Below are positions 30,001 to 51,123 of a stretch of 64,000 nucleotides of DNA, in pieces. The notes below the pieces were generated by a model. It had not been told where the DNA came from, ran no database searches, and was given only the letters and a program-made list of their open reading frames with translations. The stretch is taken from NCBI RefSeq assembly GCF_009914755.1, contig NC_060945.1; one strand, given 5' to 3'. This DNA is from the human T2T-CHM13v2.0 reference genome, Homo sapiens. Position numbers and translations under genes: made by a program. The first letter of the stretch is position 1. Every line of letters starts with the position of its first letter.

Positions 30001-32560
30001 ACAGGCACATTGCAATGTTTCTCTGCACTGATCACCTAGGTCATGTAACTTTTGTCTAGGCTCTCTACGATGGCATTGCGACATATCTCTGCACTGATCA
30101 TCCAAGTGATGTAACCCTTGTCTAGGATCTAGCTAAATTAACTTTGTGACATAATCCTGTACTGATCATCCAGGTGATGGGCCTTTTGTCTAGGCTCTGC
30201 CTAAGGGGGCATTGTGACATATTTCTGCATTGATCACCCAGGTGGCAAACTCTTCTCTTGGATCTGCCTATGGGGGCATTGTGACAAATCTCTGCACTGA
30301 TCACCCAGGTGATGTAACTGTTGTGTAACCTCTGCCTACAGGGGAATTGTGAGAGATCTCGCCACTGATCACCCAAGTGATGTAACCATTGTCTAGGCTT
30401 TGCGTACAGGGGCTTTGTGACATACCTTTGCACTGATCACCCTGGTGATGTAACACATCTAAGTTCGGCCTAAAGGAGCTTTGTGACATATCTCTGCACT
30501 GATCACTTAGGTGATGTAACACTTTTATAAGCACGGCCTACAGGGAATTTTGACAAATCTCTTCACTGATCACCTAGGTGATGTAACTCTTGTCTACCCT
30601 CTGTCCAACGGGGCATTGTGAAATATCTCTGCAATGATCAACCAGGTGATTCAACCCTTGACTAGGATCTGCCTATGGAGGTTATTGTGAAATATCTCTG
30701 CACTGATAAACTAGGTGGTGTAACCCTTGTCCAAGCCCTGCCTACAGGGGCGTTTTCACATATCCCTGAACTGATGACAAAGGTGATGTAACTCTTGCCT
30801 AGGCTTTGTCTACAGGGGATATTGGACATATATTTGCAGTGATCACCCAGGTGATGCAACTGTTGCCTGGGCTTTGCCTACAGGGCACATTGTGACATAT
30901 CTCTTCAATGATTACCCATGTGATGCAACTCTTGCCTAGGCTTTGCCTACAGGGGACATTGTGACATATCTCTGCACTGATCTCCCAAGTGCTGTAACTT
31001 TAGTCTAGGCTCTGGCTACACGGCATTGTGATATATCACTGCACTGATCACCCAGGCGATATAACTCTTGTCTAGGCTCTGCCTACAATGGTCTTGTGAC
31101 ACATCTCTGCACTGATCACCCAGGTGATATAACTCTTCTCTAGGATGTGACCACAGGGTGCTTTGTGACATATCCCTGCACTGATCACCCAGGTGATCTA
31201 ACTCTGGTCTAAGCTCTGCCTAAAGGGGCATTGTGACAGATCTCTGCACTGATCACTCAGGTGATGTAACTGTTGTCTAGACTCTGCTTAAAGGGGCCTT
31301 GTCACATATCTCTTCACTGATCACCCAGGTGATGTAACTCTTGTCTAGGCTCTGCTCCCAGGGAATATTGTGACATATCTATGCACTGACCACCTTAGTG
31401 ATGTAACACTTGTGTAGGCGCGGCCTATAGGGGAATCTTGAAATATCTCTGCACTGTTAACCGAGGTGATTTAACTCTTGTCTAGGCTGTGCCCACAGGG
31501 GGATTGAGACATATCTCTGCACTGATCCCGAGGTGATCCAACTCTTGCCTGGTCTCTGCCTACTGGGGACATTGTGACATATCTCTGCACTGAACTCCCA
31601 GTTGCTGTAACTTTATTCTAGGCTCTGGCTACGCGGCATTGTGACATATCACTGCACTGATCACCCAGGTGATATAACTCTTGTCTAGGCTCTGCCTACA
31701 ATGGTCTTGTGACATAACTCTGCACTGATCACCCAGGTTATATAACTCTTCTCTAGGATCTGACCACAGGGGGCTTTGTGACATATCCCTGCAATGATCA
31801 CCCTGGTGATATATCACTTGCCAAGGCTCTGCCTACAGGGGCATTGCAATGTATCTCTGCACTGATCACCTAGGTCTTGTAACTCTTTTCTAGGATCTGC
31901 CTACAGGGTGCTTTGTGACGTATCCCAGCAAGGATTACCCAGGTAATGTACCTCTCATCAAGGCTCTGCCTACAGGCACATTGCGATGTTTCTCTGCACT
32001 GATCACCTATGTCATGTAACATTTGTCTGGGCTCTGCCTACGATGGCATTGTGACATATCTCTGCACTAATCATCCAAGTGATGTAACTCCTGTCTAGGA
32101 TCTGCCTAAACTAACTCTGTGACATAACCCTGTACTGATCATCCAGGTGATGGGGCTTTTGTCTAGGCTCTGCCTAAGGGGGCATTGTGACATATTTCTG
32201 CATTGATCACCCAGGTTGCGAACTCTTCTCTTGGATCTGCCTATGGGGGCATTGTGACAAATCTCTGCACTGATCACCCAGGTGATGTAACTGTTGTGTA
32301 ACCTCTGCCTACAGGGGAATTGTGAGAGATCTCGCCACTGATCACCCAAGTGATGTAACCATTGTCTAGGCTTTGCGTACAGGGGGCTTTGTGACATACC
32401 TTTGCACTGATCACCCAGTTGATGTAACACATCTAAGTTCGGCCTAAAGGAGCTTTGTGACAAACCTCTGCACAGATCACTTAGGTGATGTAATACTTTT
32501 ATAAGCACTGCCTACAGGGAATTTTGGCAAATCTCTGCACTGATCATCTAGGTGATGTAA
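1..32560. repeat. Beta satellite (68-bp Sau3A/BSR) higher-order repeat array, ~1.97-kb (29-monomer) unit, ~17 units, open at left edge
   Basis: Monomer core (ggcattgtgacatatctctgcactgatcacccaggtgatgtaactcttgtctaggctctgcctaca) recurs every ~68 bp. A unique marker (the ORF end beside taaattaactttgtgac) recurs at 795, 2701, 4675, 6649, 8555, 10460, 12434, 15020, 16994, 18896, 20870, 22775, 24680, 26450, 28355, 30122 and 32095. Spacings are 1906, 1974, 1974, 1906, 1905, 1974, 2586, 1974, 1902, 1974, 1905, 1905, 1770, 1905, 1767 and 1973, i.e. 28/29/38/26 monomers. HOR monomer order breaks down at ~32560. Confidence 0.97.
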
Positions 32561-35320
32561 CTCTTTTCTAGGATATGCCTACAGAGGGCGTTGTGACATC
32601 ACTCTGCACGGTTCACCCGGGTTATGTAACCCTGGTCTAGGCTCTGCCTATGGGGCATTGTGACTTATCTCTGCACTGATCACCCCGGAGATGTGACTCT
32701 TTTCTAAGCTCTTCCTAGAGGGACATTTGGACATATCTCTGCACTGATTGCTGAGATGCTGTAAAACTTGTCTACGCTTTGCCTACAGTGGGATTTATGA
32801 CATATCTCTGCACTGATCACCCAGGTGATGTAACTAGTGTCTAGGCTCTGCTTACAGGGAGTATTGTGAGATACCTCTGCACTGACCACACAGGTGATGT
32901 AGCTCTTGTCTCGTCTCTGCCTACAGGGGCATTTTCACATATCACTGCACTAATCACCGAGATGATGTAACTCTTTCATAGGCTTCGCCAACAGGGGGCA
33001 TTGAGACATACCTCTGCACTGATCACCGAGGTGATGCAACTCTTGTCTGGGATCTGCTTACAGGGGGCATTGTGACATATCTCTGCCCGGATCACCCAGG
33101 TGATGTAACTCTTGTCTAGGCAATGCCTACTGGAGTCAATGTGACATATCTCCGCACTGATCACCCAGGTGATGTCACTTTTGTCAAGGATATGGCTACA
33201 GGGACATTGTGACATGTCACTGCACTGATCACACAGCTGATGTAACTCTTGTCTAGGCTCTGGCTACAGGTGGCTTGTGACACATATCTGCATTGATCAC
33301 CCAGGTGATGTAACCCTTTTCTAGGCTCTGCCAAAAGCGGACATTGTGACATAAATCTGCAATGATCACCCAGGTGTTGGGACTCTTGTCTATGCTCTAC
33401 CTATAGGGGCATTGTGACATATCTCTGCCGTGATCACGCAGGTGATGTAACTCTTCTCTATATGTGCCTACTGGCGGCATGGTGGCATAATTCTGCACTG
33501 ATCAACCAGCTGATGGATCCTTGTCTTGGATCTGCGTCTGGGGGCATAGTGACATATCTCTGCACTGATCACTCATGTGATGTAACACTTGTCTAAGCTG
33601 CGACAAAAGGGGAATTGTGACAGATGTCTCCAGTGATCACCGAGGTGATGTAACAATTTTCTAGGATTTGTCTACAGGGGGCTTTGTGCTATATCTTTGC
33701 ACTGATCACCCAGGAGACGTAACTCTTGTCTAGGCCTGGCCTACAGGGGCTTTGTGACATATTTCTGCACTGATCACCAAGGTGATGTAACACTTGTTTA
33801 GGCTCTGCCTGCATGGGCTTTGTGTCCTATATCTGTACTGATCACCCATGTGTTGTAACTCTTGTCTAGGCTCCACCTACAGGGGCTGTTGTGACGTATC
33901 TCTGCACTGATCACCCAGGTGATGTAACTCTTGTCTAGGCTCCACCTACAGTGGGTATTGTGACGTAACTCTACAGAGATCACCCAGGTTATGTAACTCT
34001 TGTCCACTCTCTGCCTACAGGGTCATTGTGAACTGTCTCTGCACTGTTCACCCAGGTGATGGGACTCTTCTCTATACTCTGCCTGGAGGGGGATTTGTGA
34101 CATATCTCTGCACTGATCACTCAGGTGATGGAAGTCTTGTCTAGGCTCTGTCTATGCGCGCATTGTGTCAAATATCTGCACTGATCACCCAGGTGATGTA
34201 ACTCTTGTCTAGGCTCTGTCTACAGGGATTTTTGTCACATATGACTGCACTGATCACCGAGCTGATGTAAGCCTTGTATGGGCTTTGCATATAGAAGGCT
34301 TTATGACATACCTATGCACTGATCTCTGAGGTGATGCAACTCTTGTCTAGGCACTGCGTACAGGGGACATTGGTACATATCTCTGCACTGATCACCCAGG
34401 TGATGGACTCTTGTCTTAGACCTGCCTACGTGGACATTGTGACACATCTCTGAACTGATCAACCAAGTGATGAAACTCTTGTCTAGGCTCTGCCTACATG
34501 GGCTTTGCGACACATCTCTGCACTGTTCACCCTGGGGAGGGAACTCTTGTCTACGCTCTGCCTACAGGAGGCTTTATGACTTATACCTGCACTGATAACC
34601 TAGTTGATGTAACACTTGTCTAGGCTCTGCCTACATGGGAATTCTCACAAATCTCTGCACTGATCACCCAGGTGATGTAACTCCTCTCTAGGTTCAGCCT
34701 ACAGGAGTGTTTTGACATACCTCTGCACTGATCACCCAGGTGATGTAACCCTTGTCTAAGCTCTGCCTACAGGGGCATTGTGACAGATCTCTCCACTGCT
34801 CACCCAGGTGATGTAACAATTGTCTGGGCTTTGCCTACAGTGGGCTTTGTGATATACATTTCCACTGATCAAACAGGTGATGTAACCCTTGTCAAGGTTC
34901 TGCTTACAGGGGCTTTGTGACATATCTCTGCACTGATCACCCCAGGGAGGAAACACTTGTCTACACTCTGCCTCCTGGAGGCTTTATGACTTATCCCTGC
35001 ACTTATCACTAGGTGATGTAACACTTGTCTAGGCTCTGTCTACACAGCAATTTTCACATATCTCTACAATGATCACCTAAGTGATGTAACCCTTGTCTAG
35101 GTTCAGCCTACTGGGGATTTCTGACATACCTAAGCACTGATCACCTAGGTGACATAAATCATTTCCAGGCTTTTTTTACAGGGAACATTTTGAAATATCT
35201 CTGCACTGATCACCCAAATGATGCAAATCTTCTCTAGGCTCCTCAGGGAGTGGCATTGTGACATATTTATGAACCAATCATCCAGGAGGTGTAACTGTTC
35301 TGCAGGCTGTGTCTAAAGAG
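32561..35320. repeat. Diverged beta satellite spacer left of DUX4-like cassette 1
   Basis: Same 68-bp monomer and orientation, without the 2-kb periodicity. Monomer order is paralogous to ~53,690-56,227. Confidence 0.95.
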
Positions 35321-36021
35321 CGTCGGAAGGTGTTGGGAGAGCCTCAGCCGGAATTTCACGGATGGAGAAGGGCACAGAGAGGCCATCGATCTCCCTTGCA
35401 CGTCAGCTGCGGTGTGCAATGTGTGCAGGTGTAGCCAGGAGGCCGGCAAAGAGAGCTAGAGGTCTGCCTTCCCCCACCAGGCGCTCCATGGTGGCAGCTG
35501 GGAGGCTGCAGGTGGACAGGCGGGCCGGTGACTCTGGCGCAGAGGCGCAGAGGAGGTGAACCGCTGGAAGTTTGTCTGGCCTGGACACCACGCGGGGTCG
35601 GTGTTTCATGGGAAGGGAGTCTCCACCCAGACCCGGAGAGGACGCATTTTCTGGGGGTGGGGTGTGGGTGTGGGGTGGGGGTGTTCAGGCTGGGGTGAGG
35701 TAGTGGAAAGTCATGATAGCTCTGCCCGGGCTCCTCCCACAGCCCAGGCAGCTGCCCGCAAACCCGCGCGTACGCAGTAGGCGGCCCACCTGCTGGTACC
35801 TGGGTCGGCTATGGGATCCCCAGGATGCCCAGGAAAGAATGGCAATTCTCCGCTGTGTGGAGTCTCTCACCGGGCCTAGATCTGGAAGGCAGGAATCCCA
35901 TGCCGGTCAGCCCGGTGGAGGAGGTGTGGGGAAGACATGCCCCTCCACAGCCAGCCAGGTTTTCCCCGCGAAATAGAGGCCACCGCCCTGCCCCGACCCG
36001 ACACCGTCCAAACCTCACGTC

Positions 36022-37456
<1,435 letters not shown>

Positions 37457-38062
37457 CCCTGGACAGCCCGCCCCACCCCGGAAGGGTCCCAGGGCGTCGA
37501 GGCCTGCGGCTGGGTGTTGGTGGGTTGGGGGGGGACTGCTTGGTGATGCTCGTGGTGGGGCCGGAGAGACGAAGAGTAAGGGGGCGAGTGGGAATTGGTT
37601 AGGGGGGCGCGTTTTGGTGGCTGGCTCTCCGGACCTCTCCAGGAATCCCGCGGGAACTGGAAGCCGCTCTCTGTGCTCCCATCCATCTTCAGCAGGGAGA
37701 AACCGGCCTGGGAGGATGCAGGGGAGTGTGGAACTGAACCTCCGTGGGAGTCTTGAGAGTTCCAGGACCTCTCTCCGTGAAGGAGGCAGTGCCTGTGCGT
37801 GTCGCCGCTGCCGGGACAGTCTCACACGCGTAGGAGTGTGGCTCTCGTTCATTTCCACGTAGGAGACCAGAGCGAGACCCCAGAGAGAAGATGCCTCCCC
37901 AGCGTGATGGTCTGATGATGGATTCCCGTGTGTGGCAACATGGGGAGTCTGCAGTGTGGCTGGTTTGGAAACTGGCAAGGAGAGCGAAGGCACCATGCGT
38001 GTCTTCAACCCCTCCCTGCATGTTTCCGGGTGCTGCAGAGCTCTGGGAGCAAACAGTCAGCA

Positions 38063-42465
<4,403 letters not shown>

Positions 42466-43162
42466 CGTCGGTAGGTGTTGGGAGAGCCTCAGCTGGAATT
42501 ACACGGATGGACAAGCACACAGAGAGGCCAGCGGCCTCCCTTGCACGTCAGCTGGGGTGCGCAATGAGCGCAGGTCTAGCCAGGAGGCCGGCAAAGAGAG
42601 GTAGAGGTCTGCATTCCGCCGCCAGGCACTCCATGGTGGCAGCTGGGAGGCTGCAGTGGCACGGGTGGGCCCGTGACGGTTTCGCAGAGGCACAGAGGAG
42701 GCGAGCCGCCAGAGGGGTGTCAGGCCTGGACGCTGCTGGGGCCCAGTGTTTCGCAGCACGGGGGTCTCCACACAGCCCAGAGGAGGACGCATTTTCCGGG
42801 GGTGGGGTTGGGGGTGGGGGGGTGTTCAGGCGTGGGTGGGGCTGTGGAAAGGCATGAGAGCTCTGCCTGGGCTGCTCCCACAGCCCAGGCGGCTGCCCAC
42901 ATACCCACGCATGCACAGTAGGCGGCCCACCTGCTGGTAACTGGGACGGCTCTGGGATCCCCGGGATGCCCAGGAAAGAATTGCTGTTCCCCGCTGTGTG
43001 AAGCCTCTCACCGAGCCTAGACTTAGAAGGGAGGAATCCCAGGCCGGTCAGCCCAGTGGAGGGGGCGGGGGTAAGACACACCCCTCCATAGCCAGCCAGG
43101 TGTTCCTCGCGAAAGAGAGGCCACCGCCCTGCCCCAACCCAAAACCGTCCCAACCCCACGTC

Positions 43163-44556
<1,394 letters not shown>

Positions 44557-44564
44557 CTAGCGTC

Positions 44565-44618
44565 TCTTATAAAGGCCCGCAGGCAGGCAGGCTCCACCCC
44601 TTCATGAATGGCGGTGAG
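44565..44618 (-). promoter_or_regulatory. DUX-type promoter, copy 2 (DBE/GC-box region plus TATAA)
   Basis: Minus strand CTCACCGCCATTCATGAAGGGGTGGAGCCTGCCT followed by TTTATAAG (TATAA at 44567-44571). Confidence 0.62.
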
Positions 44619-45226
44619 AACTGGGACAGCCCGTCCCACTGCGGAAGGGTCCTAGGGTTTCGAGGCCTGCTGCCGGGGGGTGGTGGGGTTGGGGGGGAGG
44701 GCATGGTGATCGTGGTGGTGGGGCCGGAGAGACGAAGAAGAAGGGGGCGAGGGGGAAGGGGTGAGGGGGGCGCGTTTTAGGGGCTGGCTGTCCAGACCTC
44801 TCCAGGAATCCCGCGGGAACTGGAAGCCACTCTCTGGGCTCCCACGCGGCTTCAGCAGGGAGAAATCGGCCTGGCAGGTTGGAGGAGAATGTGGAACTGA
44901 ACCTCCGTGGGAGTCTGGAGTGTTCCAGGCCCTCTCTCCGTGAAGAAGGCAGTGCCTGTGGGTGTCGCCATTGCTTGGACAGTCTCACACACGCAGGCGT
45001 GTGGCTCTCTTTCATTTCCACGTAGAAGACCAGAGCGAGATGCCAGAGAGAAGATGCCCCCCCGGCGTGATGGCCTGATGATGGATTCCCGTGTGCTGCA
45101 ACATGGGGAGTCTGCAGTGTGTCCGGTTTGGAAACTGGCAAGGAGAGTGAAGGCACCATGCCGGTCTTCCACACTTCCCTACATGTTTCTGGGTGCCCGC
45201 AGAGCTCCGGGAGCGAACAGTGAGCA

Positions 45227-48200
45227 TGACACATCTCTGAACTGATCAACAAAGTGATGTAACACTTGTCTAGGCTCTGCCTACAGGGGTTTTGTGACAT
45301 ATCTCTACACTGATCACCCAGCTGATGGGACATTTGTCTAGGCTATGCCTGTGGGGGCATTGTGACATATCTCTACACTGATCACCCAGGTGATGTAACA
45401 CTTCTGTTGGATCTGCCTATGGGGGCTTAGTGACATATAGCTGCACTGATCACCCAGGTGATGGGACACTTGTCTAGACTCTGCTTATGGGGGATTTGTG
45501 ACATATCTCTGAACTGATCACCCAGGTGATGTAACGCTCGACTAGGCTCTGCCTACGGGGCATAGTGACATATCACTGCATTGATCACCGAGGTGATGTA
45601 ACTCTTGTCCAGGCTCTTCCTATAGGGGGACTTGTGACATATCTCTGCACTGATCATCTAGGTGATGTAACTCTTGCTAAAGCTCTCCCTGCAGGGGCAT
45701 TGTGAAATGTCTCTGCACTGATCACCCAGGTGAAGGGACTCTTCACTAGGCTCTGCCTACTGGGGGCATTGTCACATATTTCTGCACTGATCAAACAGGT
45801 GACGGACTCTTGTCTTGGATTTGCCTTTGGGGGCATTTTGACATATCTCTTCACTGATCACCCACGTGATGTAACTGTGGTCTAAGCTCTGCCTAAAGGG
45901 GCATTGTGACAGATCTCTGCAATGATCACTCAGGTGATGTAACTATTGTCTAGGCTCTGCTTAAGGGGGTCTTGTCACATATCTCTGCACTGATCACCCA
46001 GGTGATGTAACTCTTGTCTAGGCTCTGCTTAAAGGGGGTATTGTGACATATCTCAGCACTGATCACCTAAGTGATGTAACACTTGTGTAGGCTCTGCCTA
46101 CAGGGGCATTTTGACATATATCTGCACTGTTAACCGAGGTGACGTTACTCTTGTCTAGGCTATGCCCACAGGGGGATTGAGACATATCTCTGCACTGATC
46201 CCGAGGTGATCCAACTATTGGCTGGTCTCCACCTACTGGGGACATTGTGACATATTTCTGCACTGATTTCCCAGGTGTTGTAACTTTATTCTAGGCTCTG
46301 GCTACACGGCATTGTGACATATCACTGCACTGATCACCCAGGTGATATAACACTTGTCTAGGCTCTGCCTACAGGGGCATTGCGATGTATCTCTGCACTG
46401 ATCACCTAGGTCATGTAACTCTTGTCTAGGCTCTGCCTACAGTGGCATTGTAACATATCTTTGCACTGATCACCCAGGTGATTCAACTCTTTTCTAGGAT
46501 GTGCCTACAGGGAGTATTGTGAAATATCTCTGCACTGTTCACCTATGTGATGTAACTCTTGTCTAGGCTCTGCCTACAGGAGCGTTTTCACATATCACTG
46601 AACTGATGACAAAGGTGATGTAACTCTTGCCTAGGCTTTGCCTACAGAGGACATTGTGACATATATCTGCACTGATCACCCAGATGATGCAACTCTTCCA
46701 TACGCTTTGCCTACAGGGGACATTGGGACATATCCCTGTACTGATCACCCATGTGATGCAACTCTTCTCTATGCTCTGCCTACAGGGTTCATTGTGACAT
46801 ATTTCTGCACTGATCACCCAGGTGATGTAGCTCTTGTCTAGGCTCCACCTACAGGGAGTATTGTGACATATCTCTGCACTGATCACCCAGGAGATGTAAC
46901 TGTTGTCTAGGCTCCACCTACAGGGGGTATTGTGACGTGTCTCTGCACTGATCACCCAGGTGATGTAACATTTATCTAGGCTCTGCCTACAGGGGCGTTT
47001 TGACAAAGCTCTCCACAGATCACCTAGGTTATGTAACTCTTGTCCACACTCTGCCTACAGGGGGCATTGTGAAATATCTCCGCAATGATCACCCAGGTGA
47101 TGGTACTCTTCTCTATACTCTGCCTATAGAGGGATTTGTGACATATCTCTTCACTGATCACCCAGGTGATTGAAGTCTTGTATATGCTCTGTCTATGGGG
47201 GCATTGTGTCAAATTTCTGCACCAATCACCCGGGTGATGTAACTCTTGTGTAGGCTCTGTCTACAGGGATTTTTGTGACGTATCACTGCACTGATCACCT
47301 AGGTGATGTAAGCCTTGTATGGGCTTTGCATACAGAAGGCTTTGTGACATTTCTATGCACTGATCTCTGAGGTGATGCAACTCTTGTCTAGGCACTGCCT
47401 ACAGGGGACATTGGTACATATCTCTGCACTGATCACCCAGGTGATGGACTCTTGTCTTACATCTGCCTACATGGACATAGTGACATATCTCTGAACTGAT
47501 CAACCAAGTGTTGAAACTCTTGTCTAGGCTCTGCCTACAGGGGCTTTGTGACACATCTCTGCACTGATCACCCTGGGGAGGGAACTCTTGTCAACGCTCT
47601 GCCTACAGGAGGCTTTATGACTTATACCTGCACTGATAACCTAGGTGATGTAACACTTGTCTAGGCTCTGCCTACACAGGAATTCTCACATATCTCTGCA
47701 CTGATCACCCAGGTGATGTAACTCCTGTCTAGGTTCAGACTACAGGTGTGTTTTGAAATATCTCTGCACTGATCACCCAGTTGATGTAATCCTTGTCTAA
47801 GCTCTGCCTACAGGGGCATTGTGACAGATCTCTCCACTGCTCACCCAAGTGATGTAACAATTGCCTGGGCTTTGCCTACAGGGGGCTTTGTGATATACAT
47901 TTCCACTGATCAAACAGGTGATGTAACCCTTTTCAAGGTTCTGCTTACAGCGGCTTTGGTACATATCTCTACACTGATCACCCCAGGGAGGAAACACTTG
48001 TCTACACTCTGCCTACAGGAGGCTTTACTACTTATCCCTGCACTGATCACTAGGTGATATAACACTTGTCTAGGCTCTGTCTACACCAGAATTTTCACAT
48101 ATCTCTACACTGATCACCTAAGTGATGGAACCCTTGTCTAGTTTCAGCCTACTGGGGATTTCTGACATACCTATGCACTGATCACCGAGGTGATTTAAAT

Positions 48201-48361
48201 CATTTCCAGGTTTTTGTACAAGGGACATTGTGATATATCTCTACTCTGATCACCCAAATGATGCAAATCTTCTCTAGGCTCTGCAGGGAGGGGGCATTGT
48301 GACATATTTCTGAACCGATCATCGAGGAGATGTAACTATTCTCCAGGCTTTGACTAAAGAG
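45227..48361. repeat. Diverged beta satellite spacer between cassettes 2 and 3 (shortest, 3.1 kb)
   Basis: 68-bp monomers. Both ends are paralogous to the other spacers, but internal monomer blocks are missing. Confidence 0.95.
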
Positions 48362-49059
48362 CGTCGGAAGGTGTTGGGAGAGCCTCAGCTGGAATTTCAC
48401 GGACGGACAAGGGCACAGAGAGGCCAGTGGGCTCCCTTGCACATCAGCTGGGGTGCGCAATGAGGGCAGGTCTAGCCAGGAGGCCAGCAAATAGAGATAG
48501 AGGTCTGCGTTCCACCGCCAGGCGCTCCGTGGTGTCAGCTGGGAGGTTGCAGGGGCACGGGCGGGCCGGCGACGGTGGCGCGGAGGCACAGAGGAGGCGA
48601 GCCGCCCGAGGGGTGTCAGGCCTGGACGCTGCGTGGGCCCGGTGTTTTGCGGGATGGGGGTCTCCACCCTGCCCAGGAGAGGATGCATTTTCCGGGGGTT
48701 GGGGGGGGTGGGGATGGGGTGGTCAGGCAGGTGTGGGGTGGTGGAAAGGCATGAGATGTCTACCCAGGCTGCTCCCACAGCCCAGGCGGCTGTCCGCAAA
48801 CACGCGCATGTGCAGTAGGTGGCCCACCTGGTGGTACCTGTGCTGGCTCTGGGATCCCCTGGATGCTCAGGAAAGAAGGGCAGTTCTCCACTGTGTGGAG
48901 CCTCTCACCGTGCCTAGACCTAGAAGGCAGGAATCCCAGGCCGGTCAGCCCGGTGGAGGGGGCGGGGTGAAGACATGTCCCTCCATAGCCAGCCCGGTGT
49001 TCCCTGCGAAAGAGAGGCCACTGCCCTGCCCCGACCCGACCCAGTCCCAACCCCGCGTC

Positions 49060-50516
<1,457 letters not shown>

Positions 50517-51123
50517 ACCTGGGACAGCCCGCCCCACCCGGGAAGGGTCCCAGGGCATGGAAGCCTGTGGTCATGGTGGGGTGGGTTTGGCGGAGAGGGC
50601 GTGGTGATGGCGGTGGTGGGACCAGAGAGATGAAGAGGAATGGGGCGAAGGGGAAGGGGTGAGGGGGTGCGTTTCGGGGGCTGGCTCTAAGGACGTCTCC
50701 AGGAATCCCGCGGGAACTGGAAGCCACTCTCTGGGCTCCCACGCATCTGCAGCAGGGATAAACCGTCCTGGGAAGGTGGAGGGGAGTGTAGAACTGAACC
50801 TCGGTGGGAGTCTGGAGTGTTCCAGGCCCTCTCTCCGTGAAGGAGGCAGTGCCTCTGGGTGTCGCCGTTGCTGGGACAGTCTCAGACACGCAGGCGTGTG
50901 GGTCTCGTTCATTTCCAAGTAGGTGACCAGAGCGAGACCCCAGAGAGAAGATGCCTCTCTGGCGTGATGGCCTTACGATGGATTCCCGTGTGCGGCAACA
51001 TGGGGAGTCTGCAGAGTGGCCGGTTTGGAAACTGGCAAGGAGAGCGAAGGCACCATGCCGGTCTTCCACCCTTCCCTGCATGTTTCCGGGTGCCCGCAGA
51101 GCTCTGGGAGCAAACAGTCAGCA

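Noticed and set aside
1-32560. CRISPR-like pattern of a ~35-bp conserved, partly palindromic core alternating with ~33-bp variable segments
   Set aside because: The variable segments are homologous to each other and recur in a fixed higher-order cycle. There are no cas genes, and the context (Alu, DUX4-like genes) is primate.
157-34956. Dozens of repeated Cys/His-rich minus-strand ORFs ([12 protein letters not shown] / YITWVISAEICHN), superficially zinc-finger-like
   Set aside because: They are translations of the 68-bp satellite monomer in shifting frames, recur with the HOR period, often use non-ATG starts and lack C2H2 spacing. The same applies to satellite ORFs in the spacers.
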